This document shows positions 1 to 9,575 of a DNA stretch of 64,000 bases, piece by piece. A model generated the notes under the pieces. It saw only the letters and a program-made list of their open reading frames with translations. It was not told where the DNA came from and made no database searches. Position 1 is the stretch's first letter. Every line of letters begins with the position of its first letter. A program made the position numbers and the translations under genes. Source of the stretch: a bacterium (GTDB lineage: Bacteria; Electryoneota; Electryoneia; Electryoneales; Electryoneaceae). The DNA lies in assembly GCA_963669175.1 (NCBI GenBank), contig OY769902.1, forward strand, positions 3,328,001 to 3,392,000, written 5' to 3'.

Positions 1-72
1 CCCAGCCATGATGCGCGCGAGGGGATTACAGCTGCTTTGGAAGGTCGGGAACCGAACTGGATCAATCGTTAG
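1..72 (+). CDS. C-terminal fragment of an enoyl-CoA hydratase/isomerase (crotonase) family protein, truncated by window start
   Basis: Frame 1 reads PSHDAREGITAALEGREPNWINR*, matching the crotonase C-terminal motif S.Da.EG..Af.e.R.P.w. Confidence 0.7.
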   Translation, partial: PSHDAREGITAALEGREPNWINR

Positions 73-106
73 TTTTAGTTGGCGTTTTTTCTGTCCGGGG
101 CAGTGA

Positions 107-1672
107 TTGAAGTTGTGTCATGCCCCGGACGTTTTGTTATATTGCGACGTTGTCTTAAAACAAAAAGGAAACAACGTCTTGAACACAACCTCTCCTTTTG
201 AGTTTGCCTATCAGGACCGTGAACGCAACCGTCAGCGGACACGCACCTTCCTGTTATACCAGGCTGTTCGAGAGCTTTTCCCCCAAAATAGACTACATTT
301 AGCATACAGCCTTGGTGGTGCTTTTTACTACTATATCGATGGGAAATCTTCTGTCCTTCCCGCGGAAGTTGCGCAGATAAAAGATGTCATGGTTCGGCTG
401 GAAGCGGACAACATCCCGTTAAAACCACTCATGATGGAGCGGGATGCTGTTATCCAGGAGCTGGAACAGGTGAACAGAGTTCACACTGCGAACTGGCTCA
501 AGGATGGTTCGAAAGATTGGCCGCACATGTATCGCGCCTTCGATGAAATCCTTGCTTTCAAAGGACCGCTTACGAATACAACTGGCGGCGCAGGCGTGTG
601 GGATCTGATTCCTTATCCTCCCGGGTTGCTTCTTCGTGTCGCGCCACCGGACCGCGACTCACTTCCCGAGTATGAAGAAAAACCAACATTATTCCGATCA
701 TTCTTTGAGGCGGAGCATTGGGGCACAATTCATGGCGCTTCCTATGTGAGTGAAGTGAATCGCATGAACAGAACCGGGCAATTGGAATTGTTCGTACAGG
801 TTGTAGAAGCCATGCACGAACAGAAGATTGCCAGTATCGCGGTTCGAATTGCCGAGTTACGCCCGCGTCCTCGAGTTATCCTGATCAGCGGCCCATCTTC
901 TGCTGGCAAGACAAGCTTTTCAAAACGGCTCCAGGTTGAATTACGCTTGCAGGACATGAAACCGTTGACCCTGAGTCTTGATAACTTCTACCTGCCCAGG
1001 GAAAAAGTACCTCGACGGCACGGGGAATACGATTTCGAGTCGTTGGAAGCGCTGGATATTCCTGCCATTAATGATACACTGATGCAGCTTTCAGCAGGTG
1101 AGACCGTCAGACCGCCGGTGCTGGATTTTGCCACACATACCCATGTGGAAGGTGAGCCGATCCAGTTGGGACGTAACGGTGTTCTTATCGTTGAAGGGAT
1201 TCATGGATTGAATCCGGCCTTAACACCATATTTAACCGAGCCAAGCATTTTCAGAGTTTATGTGTCCGCTTTAACATCGCTTAGTTTTGATGAGCTAAGT
1301 CGTTTTTCAACGACCGATCTACGTTTGATGAGGCGTATTGTGCGTGACCGGCGTGCGCGTGGTTATCCTGCAATCGAAACGCTTACAAGGTGGGCCTCGG
1401 TTCGTGAAGGAGAATTCAGAAATATATTCCCCTTCCAGGAACGTGCCGATATCATGTTCAATTCGGCATTGCCCTATGAGTTGAACGCGCTTCGTGAACC
1501 GGTGATGGAAGCACTGGAAGAGATAACGGATGAGAACCTGCTTCCTGAAGCGGATAGGATAAGCAGGTTACTCGAAACAGTGGATCCGGTACCGCGAGAA
1601 TGGTTGAATACACATGTACCGCCAACAAGCATTTTACGCGAGTTTATCGGGGGGAGTGTTCTGGTCCCGTAA
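107..1672 (+). CDS. Uridine/nucleoside kinase with N-terminal ThrRS-like domain
   Basis: P-loop ISGPSSAGKTS; LSLDNFY, IVEGIHGLNP and RRIVRD motifs. The real start may be TTG at 179 after AAGGA. Confidence 0.85.
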   Translation: MKLCHAPDVLLYCDVVLKQKGNNVLNTTSPFEFAYQDRERNRQRTRTFLLYQAVRELFPQNRLHLAYSLGGAFYYYIDGKSSVLPAEVAQIKDVMVRLEADNIPLKPLMMERDAVIQELEQVNRVHTANWLKDGSKDWPHMYRAFDEILAFKGPLTNTTGGAGVWDLIPYPPGLLLRVAPPDRDSLPEYEEKPTLFRSFFEAEHWGTIHGASYVSEVNRMNRTGQLELFVQVVEAMHEQKIASIAVRIAELRPRPRVILISGPSSAGKTSFSKRLQVELRLQDMKPLTLSLDNFYLPREKVPRRHGEYDFESLEALDIPAINDTLMQLSAGETVRPPVLDFATHTHVEGEPIQLGRNGVLIVEGIHGLNPALTPYLTEPSIFRVYVSALTSLSFDELSRFSTTDLRLMRRIVRDRRARGYPAIETLTRWASVREGEFRNIFPFQERADIMFNSALPYELNALREPVMEALEEITDENLLPEADRISRLLETVDPVPREWLNTHVPPTSILREFIGGSVLVP

Positions 1673-1726
1673 CCTGTTTCGCCGGGACAATAATGCAGTT
1701 TTCCGGGGTTGTGCAACGAGGATTTC

Positions 1727-3115
1727 ATGAGCGAACAAGACGACAAGAGACTGGCTGAAACTTCAGAACCCGATATTGCAAATAAACATGGTGATGAAGA
1801 AGAATCGCTGACCCTTATTCAGAATTTTAAAATACTGTTTGGAGCATCACGTGCCTTCTGGCTGGTAAACCTGGCCAATCTTGGTGACAGTATTTCCTAT
1901 TTCGGCATTGTTGCTTTGCTGACCATCTTTATTCATGACAAAGTTGGCTTCAGTGATAATATGACACATATCGCGTTTTCCAGTTTTACCGGCGCTGTCA
2001 CACTTTTCATGCTTTTTGGCGGTGCGATCTCCGATAAAATTGGTGTACGCCATGCGCTGTCTTTGTCACTGCTTCTTCTTGTCGTAGGGCGTCTGGCGCT
2101 GGTTGGAAGTCCTGCTGCCGGTGGTTTTACCAGCGCAGCATTGTGGATTTCCCTGATGCTGATGGCAGCGGGCGAGGGGATTATTCAACCTGCAATGTAT
2201 GCCGGGGTTAAAGAATACACCGATCCTCGAACGGCAACAATTGGCTATTCGCTACTCTACTCAATCATGAACCTGGGGATATTTGCCGAGCATATTGTCA
2301 GTCCCTTTGTGCGTGGTCATGGCGCTTCAAGCGCCGATATGGAGTCGGGTGGTAATATCGCTGCGGTTTTCCTCATCCTCACAGCATTAACCGCGGTTTT
2401 CCTGCTCGCAAACTTCTTCTTCTTCACCAAACGTCTTTCTGAACGGGAACGAGTGGTAAACGTGGAAGAGGAAGCGGAAAGCGATTCCATGACATTCTGG
2501 GAGAAATTCCGCGCTCTTCCGGTCATGGACCCACGCTTCCTGTTTTTTATCTCTATTCTGCTTCCCGTACGAACCCTGTTTGCACATCAGTGGCTGACCC
2601 TGCCGCAGTATATCCAGCGTTGTTACCCGGTTGAGGTTTTTGCGCGGTATGAGTGGCTGGTTGCCATCAATCCCTTTATCATCATCATCTTTGTTCCGCT
2701 TTTCGCCATGTTTACCCGCAAGGTAAAAGTGATCAACATGATGATTATCGGGACAGCCGTCTCAGCGATCACGACATTCCTGCTGGTGCCCGGACCGGAC
2801 CTCACACGTCTTATTCTTTATATCTCCCTGTTCTCCATGGGGGAAGCGTTGTGGTCCAGTCGTTTCCTTGAATATGTAGCGCACCTTGCTCCGGCCGGCA
2901 GGGTGGGGGCTTACATGGGAATCGCAGGAGTGCCGTGGTTCATGGCGAAAACAACTACCGGCTTCTATTCCGGTCGCATGATGGCGCATTTTGTTCCGCC
3001 TGAAGGGCCAACAGACAGCAGCACACTCTGGCTGATCTATGCCTTTATCGCCATCATCAGTCCTGTCGGGTTGATCCTGGCCAAACGCTGGATTGAGAAA
3101 GGTGTGAAGGGATAA
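1727..3115 (+). CDS. MFS transporter (POT/peptide-transporter-like)
   Basis: About 12 hydrophobic segments; GAISDKIGVR (MFS motif A); SIMNLG; ATG at 1727 after GAGGA. Confidence 0.85.
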   Translation: MSEQDDKRLAETSEPDIANKHGDEEESLTLIQNFKILFGASRAFWLVNLANLGDSISYFGIVALLTIFIHDKVGFSDNMTHIAFSSFTGAVTLFMLFGGAISDKIGVRHALSLSLLLLVVGRLALVGSPAAGGFTSAALWISLMLMAAGEGIIQPAMYAGVKEYTDPRTATIGYSLLYSIMNLGIFAEHIVSPFVRGHGASSADMESGGNIAAVFLILTALTAVFLLANFFFFTKRLSERERVVNVEEEAESDSMTFWEKFRALPVMDPRFLFFISILLPVRTLFAHQWLTLPQYIQRCYPVEVFARYEWLVAINPFIIIIFVPLFAMFTRKVKVINMMIIGTAVSAITTFLLVPGPDLTRLILYISLFSMGEALWSSRFLEYVAHLAPAGRVGAYMGIAGVPWFMAKTTTGFYSGRMMAHFVPPEGPTDSSTLWLIYAFIAIISPVGLILAKRWIEKGVKG

Positions 3116-3135
3116 AGAAGAATTGCTATCGATAC

Positions 3136-3176
3136 AAGAAAAGCGCAACCTGGAATTACAGAGTTGCGCTTTTCTT
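3136..3176. terminator. Bidirectional intrinsic terminator
   Basis: AAGAAAAGCGCAAC...GTTGCGCTTTTCTT perfect inverted repeat between convergent genes. Confidence 0.85.
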
Positions 3177-3195
3177 TATGCTGTAGCAATCCGAC

Positions 3196-4791
3196 TTACT
3201 TGCTTTTCCACCTGTACAAATCAACGAGTACAATATTCTTATGAACATTGTACGTATGCATGCCAACGGATTGCAGGGAAGGATCCGGCGTGAGATGTAT
3301 CTCAGATTTTTCCCTGTACACGGTTGGCGAAAGCTCGATAATCCTGTTCAGGGTTACAGCCGCGCCATACAGCCCACGGCAATCCTGGCTGGGACGATAA
3401 AGCGAGCCGTCATGTTTGAATACTCTGCCTGCACCACGTGCGGAGCGAACATCAATCTTGATCGGGGTCATGGGGTGCGGTTTAAAAGGACCGAATAATG
3501 ATGAAGAAGTAAATAAGTGTAGTTCACTGAAATTGGTGTTCCCGGTTCGCGCCATTGTGACAAACATGTACCAGATCCCGTCCTGTTCGAAGATCACGGG
3601 ATCGACAACTGATTCGCCAACATCCAGCAATACACGGTCGAAGCTCCATTTATCCGGGAATATTTCACACTTGAACATCTCGACCCGTTGTTGCTGGGCT
3701 GTTTCCGGGATCATGTAGACCGTATTGTCGTGTTCAATCAATAAGGGGAATGACAGGTGATACTCCCTCTCAAGGACGGATACTGGCTCTGAGAAGTTGC
3801 CTGACACAGCCAATTGCGAACATGCGATGTAGCCGAGATGCTTGCTGTAGTCATAGGCTTCAAAGAATACCCACGTCTTTCCCTGGTATTCGAACGGGAA
3901 GGGATCTGCCCAGAATTCTTCCATCGGTGTCGGAATGATCTGCACATCTTTTAATGTCTCTGACTTGAATTCATAATCATAATCCAGTTTTGCCAGACCA
4001 AGCTCCCATTTTGGTTTCTTGCGCATTTGACGGACACGATTCAGTACCCATTTCGCGATATGAACAGGTACAAATCCAGTATCAATCCATCTTCTGAACG
4101 ATGCTAAGTTCTGCGCTCTAACGGAAAAGGGTTGTACCAGTTTCGTCGCATCCAGGTTTCGCAGTGCATATACAAACCAGGCCGACAAATTCATTAATAC
4201 CTGGTTGCGAGTACGTGAAACTGAACGTAAATCGACATGATCAAGTGCGTTCAAAACTGTTCTCGAAACGAGCTCGTTTTCCCATGTAATCTGAAGAATC
4301 TTTACGCGAGATTGACCTGTACCACGAACGACTTCTGAGAAGCCAACTGGGCGTCCCCATTGTAGTTGCTCCATCCAGTCCGATGAGATTAACCATCCGG
4401 ATTTTGCAAGTTTGAATAAATCAACGTCAGGAATACCGGCGGCAAGATGAATAACCAGGTCAATAGCCAGGTCTTTCAGGGCATCAATATTGTCTGGACC
4501 AGGCGTATATAACCCACTACTTTTTTCGAGAGAAATGACTGGTAGTTCGGAAAGAGCAACGGGAATTGTTCCTTCCTTGTATGCTGGGAAAGAGGAACCA
4601 ACCAGGAAGCGTTCAGCCTTGATTGTCAAAGATTCAGGAAAGCGGAATTCGCGATTTATTGCAGTAGGTTTTTCACCGATAAAACTCAAGAAGGCAACGA
4701 CATCAACATCATTCTCTTCAGTCAAACGTGTGATACACGCTTCCTGCCAGTGTGCAAGTTTGGAATCTGGAATTGTGACTGCAATCCGCAC
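3196..4791 (-). CDS. GINT1-N/GH43-like five-bladed beta-propeller protein found in polysaccharide-modification loci
   Basis: FWADPFPF, VFFEAYD, HLSFP, YMIPET, ARGAG and RPSQDC..YG motifs. Confidence 0.7.
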   Translation of the reverse strand: MRIAVTIPDSKLAHWQEACITRLTEENDVDVVAFLSFIGEKPTAINREFRFPESLTIKAERFLVGSSFPAYKEGTIPVALSELPVISLEKSSGLYTPGPDNIDALKDLAIDLVIHLAAGIPDVDLFKLAKSGWLISSDWMEQLQWGRPVGFSEVVRGTGQSRVKILQITWENELVSRTVLNALDHVDLRSVSRTRNQVLMNLSAWFVYALRNLDATKLVQPFSVRAQNLASFRRWIDTGFVPVHIAKWVLNRVRQMRKKPKWELGLAKLDYDYEFKSETLKDVQIIPTPMEEFWADPFPFEYQGKTWVFFEAYDYSKHLGYIACSQLAVSGNFSEPVSVLEREYHLSFPLLIEHDNTVYMIPETAQQQRVEMFKCEIFPDKWSFDRVLLDVGESVVDPVIFEQDGIWYMFVTMARTGNTNFSELHLFTSSSLFGPFKPHPMTPIKIDVRSARGAGRVFKHDGSLYRPSQDCRGLYGAAVTLNRIIELSPTVYREKSEIHLTPDPSLQSVGMHTYNVHKNIVLVDLYRWKSK

Positions 4792-4820
4792 GTTACCCTC
4801 CTGAAAAAATGAAACAGACT

Positions 4821-5912
4821 TTAAATAAAACGATCACCCTGTACAACCGAAAAATAGCAGGATTGGTTCTTTATGTTTTCCAACAATTGTTTGTTTGCAC
4901 AACGAAGGTAATCAGTTCGATCCGATCTTTCCAATTGAAAACAGCCCAGTTTTCGCAAATGTTTTCGCACTTCAGGTCTGAAATCAAGGATCTTTACTGC
5001 ATCGGCCTCGCTCTTCGTGAGGTAGTATAATAGACATGTTAACGAGTTCAGCAAACTTCTGTTTTCCATTGATCCATGCCAGATGTCAACGACGGTGGCA
5101 TAGTTGAACTTCTGATTGTGCTCGTAATCGACAAGAAACAAGGCAGCCAGGTTTCCCTGATCATAACATCCCACCAGTTCAAGCGGATGCGTATAATTGT
5201 CATGGTATGCCCACGAATAGAAACATTTATCGCGAATATTCGTAGTTGCGTAAATATCCTTCGATTGGTCCCAAAGCTCGTCTATTTCCGGCTCATCGCC
5301 GGTCAGCTTTCGAATTAAAAAAGAGTTTGTGCTTCCCTTCAGTCTGAAACGCAAATACAACCTGTAAAACAGATTCAGGACAGCACTAAAAGGGAGCAGG
5401 GGAAGGGCAAATCCTGCCAGCTTTCCATCTCGAACCAATGCTACCAGCCTGTGAGGTCGTACAGGTAGGAGCAGCATCTGGTTTTTTGTCTCATCGACAG
5501 CTTGAGGTGAAAGTTCGAATTGGAATTTGGGAAGAATTGCCTGTACAACATCATTCGGAGTTGTATTAAAAAGCAGTGTGTCTTTCGTTACCTGGAGACA
5601 CTTTAAAAAGGCCATCATGCTTTGTGATCTTGCTTCCTCAAGAACACGCCAGGTCGTTAAGCTGAAAACCTTTCGAACCTCACCGGCAACCATCATTTCC
5701 TGCGGAACAAGACCAATGAATCCTTGTATCGTGTCATTATTCAAAATCTTGAACCCACGACAATCAGATTCACTGAAATAAGGATTTTTATCCCACCAGG
5801 AGTTCATTCTGTCTGTCCAGAATTTCTCCGTATACTTCCCCTGGTCAAAATCCATACAGAACCGAACGAGATCATCGCGATCATCAATAACAATTTCCTG
5901 GATCAAAGACAT
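4821..5912 (-). CDS. Putative tandem GNAT-like acyltransferase
   Basis: W.w.kNPy, SLTTWRV.eeaR and R...f..W.Y patterns seen in double-GNAT proteins; AT-rich; downstream of fkbH. Confidence 0.55.
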   Translation of the reverse strand: MSLIQEIVIDDRDDLVRFCMDFDQGKYTEKFWTDRMNSWWDKNPYFSESDCRGFKILNNDTIQGFIGLVPQEMMVAGEVRKVFSLTTWRVLEEARSQSMMAFLKCLQVTKDTLLFNTTPNDVVQAILPKFQFELSPQAVDETKNQMLLLPVRPHRLVALVRDGKLAGFALPLLPFSAVLNLFYRLYLRFRLKGSTNSFLIRKLTGDEPEIDELWDQSKDIYATTNIRDKCFYSWAYHDNYTHPLELVGCYDQGNLAALFLVDYEHNQKFNYATVVDIWHGSMENRSLLNSLTCLLYYLTKSEADAVKILDFRPEVRKHLRKLGCFQLERSDRTDYLRCANKQLLENIKNQSCYFSVVQGDRFI

Positions 5913-6017
5913 TTTCTAAAAACTCCTGGTTGTTGGGAAAAGTAAACCTGTGTGGGACTGATTTTTAATAAACTGACACCTTCATAATGAAACAGGAGAA
6001 TTGAAGAAGAACAGTTA

Positions 6018-7694
6018 TCAGTCAGCTATAATCGTAATATCAGCAGGTAGTTTTACTTCTATTGGTAAAACGATTGCGTATTCATCGCCATCAGTCTCCA
6101 TTATAGAGTCATCAAAGAAAGACTTGCAAGGCTTGTTTTTCTTTGTCGGCAGGAAGGTTGCTTTTATCTTTTGCTGATTTTGTTGCATGGCAAATGTCAC
6201 GGCATGGTGCAGCATGGCATGTTCGACGCGCCGGTTGAAAACACGGCAACTAAGAATGAAATCGACAATCGTGGCGATGTCGCCCTGCACGGTAACACTG
6301 AGAATCCCAGTGAGGCCGTAGTCGCCAAAACGGTCTGAAACGTGAACGCTCCACAGGTGATTGGACGGATCTTCAACCCAGGCAAGCATCTCCTGCTCCG
6401 TCAATCTTCGTGTGGAAAGATTCATCTGGTTGGTCTTGTTGAGAAGCTGGTTGATACGCTTCAGGTTTGCAGATGCAAAGGCCTTTATTTCTACCTTGAT
6501 ATCCAGGTTGCGAAGCCACTCTTCAATGCTGCTGGCGCTTTGCTGCACCTGCTTACGCTGCCTCTCACTTACATACGAGCCGGTGCGTTTTCTATCTTCA
6601 TCTGTAATCGAAGGCTGATCAAAAACCTTCAGGTTGTGCAGCGCTGAAACATAATGCATGGGATCTTTGGGCCAATCCGGAACCAGCACTTCAGGCAAAG
6701 CCGTTGCGACCTGGTCACGTTCAACCGGGTTGTCATCAATGAACACTACCGATTGGAGACCAAGGTTCAATTCAGCGGTCAATTGCTGCACGTTGGACGC
6801 TTTATCCATCCAGTTTATCCGCCAACCGCTGAAATCTTCACGCCTCAGGATCATTTCCGGATGTTTATCAATAGCTTCAAGCGCAATATCTTCTTCGTTT
6901 TTACTGACAATTCCCAGGATGACACCCTGCCGGGTCAGGGCTTTCAGTTCTTTCTGAAAATGCTGGAATGCTTCGCCTTTTGGATCATGTCCACCCAGAA
7001 GCAGGTTTTCCCAACCATCATCACCAACAATACCACCCCAAAGCGTATTGTCCAGGTCAAGAATTACCAGCTTTTTCGCCAGGCCGCGAACTCCGTTAAT
7101 AGCTGCCAATAACTCAGATACCGCCACCTGGAAAAGATTCTGGTTATACTTGATCTTTCCCATGTAATACAGCTTTGGATTCACGGCGCCGGGGCCGACG
7201 CTTGTCAGCCAGTGTTCAGAGTCCAGGAGGAATACGCCTTCTTCATCCTTGAACAGCTCGGCAAGGCGAAGGTTGATACGAGTCAGGAACCAGCGAATAC
7301 CGATTCCCGGTTTCCAGGCTTGCATCCCCAGAGCACGATAGGCAGGATCAAGCGCCCAGGATGTGACAAAGGTAGCGTTTGATCTCGGAACAGCAGCAAG
7401 GATTTGCCTTGCGAAAAGATCGACTTCCTGGTCAAGTGTGTCAATACCCGGGGGAAAGCCCTCCAGGATACTTCTGAATGAGGGTAATACCTGCTCAGGA
7501 AGTGTCCAGATAAAAGTATAGGTTGGTGATTCTTTCCAGACAGGGTGATCCTGATCTATCAACACAGATGTCACCTGTCCAAAATCCACACCGAGTGCAG
7601 AAAGAGCATTGGACTTGCTGGAATGATTCAATAACGCAACGAATGGATCACAATTAAAACTACTAAGTACGGCGCATGATTCCTGGTTACTCAT
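6018..7694 (-). CDS. FkbH-like HAD-IIIC glyceryl-transferase/phosphatase
   Basis: LDLDNTLWGG, SKN, FIDDNPVE, KTNQMNL, DRFGDYGL and LSCRV motifs. Confidence 0.92.
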   Translation of the reverse strand: MSNQESCAVLSSFNCDPFVALLNHSSKSNALSALGVDFGQVTSVLIDQDHPVWKESPTYTFIWTLPEQVLPSFRSILEGFPPGIDTLDQEVDLFARQILAAVPRSNATFVTSWALDPAYRALGMQAWKPGIGIRWFLTRINLRLAELFKDEEGVFLLDSEHWLTSVGPGAVNPKLYYMGKIKYNQNLFQVAVSELLAAINGVRGLAKKLVILDLDNTLWGGIVGDDGWENLLLGGHDPKGEAFQHFQKELKALTRQGVILGIVSKNEEDIALEAIDKHPEMILRREDFSGWRINWMDKASNVQQLTAELNLGLQSVVFIDDNPVERDQVATALPEVLVPDWPKDPMHYVSALHNLKVFDQPSITDEDRKRTGSYVSERQRKQVQQSASSIEEWLRNLDIKVEIKAFASANLKRINQLLNKTNQMNLSTRRLTEQEMLAWVEDPSNHLWSVHVSDRFGDYGLTGILSVTVQGDIATIVDFILSCRVFNRRVEHAMLHHAVTFAMQQNQQKIKATFLPTKKNKPCKSFFDDSIMETDGDEYAIVLPIEVKLPADITIIAD

Positions 7695-7696
7695 GG

Positions 7697-7999
7697 TTAT
7701 GAAACCTTGTCAATTAAGTTCGTGATGTATTCTGTCAAGTTGCCGATCGTCTCAAAATATTTATCCATATCATCCATTACCGCAGCATCACTAACAGAAA
7801 TATCAATACTGAACAGGGTAGAAGCTTGTTCTTCAAGATTTACAATGAAAGTAACAAATCCCAGCGAGTCCAGCACACCACTGTCACCAGTCAGGTGAGT
7901 TGATGGATCAAGCGATATCTGCATGTCCTCAGAAAGCATCATGTTTTGCGCTTGTATAGCTTCTGTTACGATTTGGTTTGCTTTTTCCCGGTTAGTCAT
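7697..7999 (-). CDS. Acyl carrier protein
   Basis: LDSLG phosphopantetheine site; acidic, about 100 aa; ATG at 7999 after GGAG; abuts fkbH. Confidence 0.85.
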   Translation of the reverse strand: MTNREKANQIVTEAIQAQNMMLSEDMQISLDPSTHLTGDSGVLDSLGFVTFIVNLEEQASTLFSIDISVSDAAVMDDMDKYFETIGNLTEYITNLIDKVS

Positions 8000-8267
8000 C
8001 ACAACTCCATGCGTTTGGTTTTCAAAAAGATACACGTTGATAAAATCCAAATCAAGGCTCGTTCGGTTAGCGAAGAGGCCGAAAATGCAAGCCTTGATTG
8101 TTTCTTCAGAAACACCTGATATCTGCTGTTTAACCAGTATCATAAGTAGACGTTAGGGCTCTTCGTAGCATGGCAGGTATGCATAACCAGAATGAATTGT
8201 GCAAAAATTACACACTGTTTGTATATGAAAAGTCAGTAAACTATTGTAAAATATAGATACAAGATAC

Positions 8268-8283
8268 TGGCATTGGTCTTGCT
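8268..8283 (+). promoter_or_regulatory. sigma54 (-24/-12) promoter
   Basis: TGGCATTGGTCTTGCT fits TGGCAC-N5-TTGCW with exact GG/GC spacing; 50 bp upstream of ORF 8334. Confidence 0.75.
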
Positions 8284-8333
8284 GTTGTAACTTACGGTTA
8301 TATTGTTCGTTAGGGTGTTTTCAGGAGTAAGTC

Positions 8334-8543
8334 ATGGCAGTTTTGTCCGACCAGTTTGGACGCAGGTACGATCTTGATGTCTTCCGTGCGCAACCGCGAC
8401 AGGAAACACAGCCGTCAAGAATCGAACCAGGCGCGAACAATGAGGCCACTTTGAAGGAAGTACGGGAGCAAAGGACCGTCTCTTTTCGTTCCAACGTCCT
8501 GTTCGGGAATTCATTCCGCCCATCTGCGGTGCTGGGTTGCTGA
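8334..8543 (+). CDS. Small hypothetical protein (69 aa)
   Basis: AGGAG RBS, upstream sigma54 site and downstream terminator; no recognisable domain. Confidence 0.6.
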   Translation: MAVLSDQFGRRYDLDVFRAQPRQETQPSRIEPGANNEATLKEVREQRTVSFRSNVLFGNSFRPSAVLGC

Positions 8544-8567
8544 ACGATAGGGAGTGTGGAAACGGTT

Positions 8568-8598
8568 CCCTTCTGCCTGGATGGCGGGAGGGTTTTTT
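8568..8598 (+). terminator. Intrinsic terminator
   Basis: CCCTTCTGCC...GGCGGGAGGG followed by T6. Confidence 0.7.
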
Positions 8599-9568
8599 AT
8601 TGAATATTGTCCTTCTTCGACTTGTCAATGTTAAACGAAAACACGTCCGGACGTGAATAATGACCATCAACATCCAGACGTTGCAATCCTTCAAGAACCT
8701 GACCGGGTTCGATTTCACCATAAAGCACGGCAGGTTTCCCGAAACAGGGTTCGATAATGTAGCTGGAATCCGGCGCGATCAATGAGCTGCCACCATTGTA
8801 CAATACAGTAGCATCATCACCTGGAATTGACTGCAATATATCCCAGGCTTCAGGCTCGGTTCGGCGCAACGAGTGGAAGCCTTCCAGAACATTTTGCCGA
8901 GTCAGAACAGTACCAGCGGCCGCGACAAAACACTGGCCTTCGAAAGCATAATGACGGCTGGCAAGGTCATGCAGTTCATGCACGCCCGGCCACTGGGCAA
9001 TATGGAGGACTTCATGATGTGCATGCATGGCAGCGCGCGCAGCGGGCATCCAATGTTCCCAGCAGATCAATCCACCAACAGGGCCGAAGTCCGTTTGTAA
9101 GGCTCCCAGTGTACTTCCGTCGCCACGTCCCCAGACAAGCCGTTCACCATGCGTCGGAACCAGTTTCCTGCGAAGGACAAAGCTCTTTCCATCCGTATCG
9201 AGCAACAGCATGATATTGTACAGAGAATTACCAATTCGCTCATGTGCTCCCATTATGATATGGATGTGATGTTTCAAACCGGCATAGAGCAGTTGGTCAA
9301 GTTCCGGACCAGGGATGCCCATACTGTTTTCGAGGAGAAGCCTGTGAAGCGCTTTTGAACCCGCTGAATCCCACTGTGCGGCTTCGGGGGCAGAATCTAT
9401 CCAGACTGGGTAGCCAGGCAACCAGGTCTCAGGAAAAACAATAACATTAGCATCTTCGCGGGATGCTTCTTCAATAAGACTGATTGCCTTTCGCATACTG
9501 TCAGCTAAATTCAGAAATACCGGTGGTTGTTGAACCAGGGCAACCAGGATCGGCTGATTCTTCATCAA
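8597..9568 (-). CDS. Nitrilase (carbon-nitrogen hydrolase)
   Basis: Catalytic triad contexts FPETWLPGYP, RRKLVPTHGER and LICWEH; GHYSRPDVF tail. Confidence 0.92.
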   Translation of the reverse strand: MMKNQPILVALVQQPPVFLNLADSMRKAISLIEEASREDANVIVFPETWLPGYPVWIDSAPEAAQWDSAGSKALHRLLLENSMGIPGPELDQLLYAGLKHHIHIIMGAHERIGNSLYNIMLLLDTDGKSFVLRRKLVPTHGERLVWGRGDGSTLGALQTDFGPVGGLICWEHWMPAARAAMHAHHEVLHIAQWPGVHELHDLASRHYAFEGQCFVAAAGTVLTRQNVLEGFHSLRRTEPEAWDILQSIPGDDATVLYNGGSSLIAPDSSYIIEPCFGKPAVLYGEIEPGQVLEGLQRLDVDGHYSRPDVFSFNIDKSKKDNIQ

Positions 9569-9575
9569 TCACTCC

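Noticed and set aside
5954-5982. GGGACTGATTTT...AAACTGACACC element between the GNAT and fkbH genes
   Set aside because: Faint REP-like look but poor pairing and a single copy.
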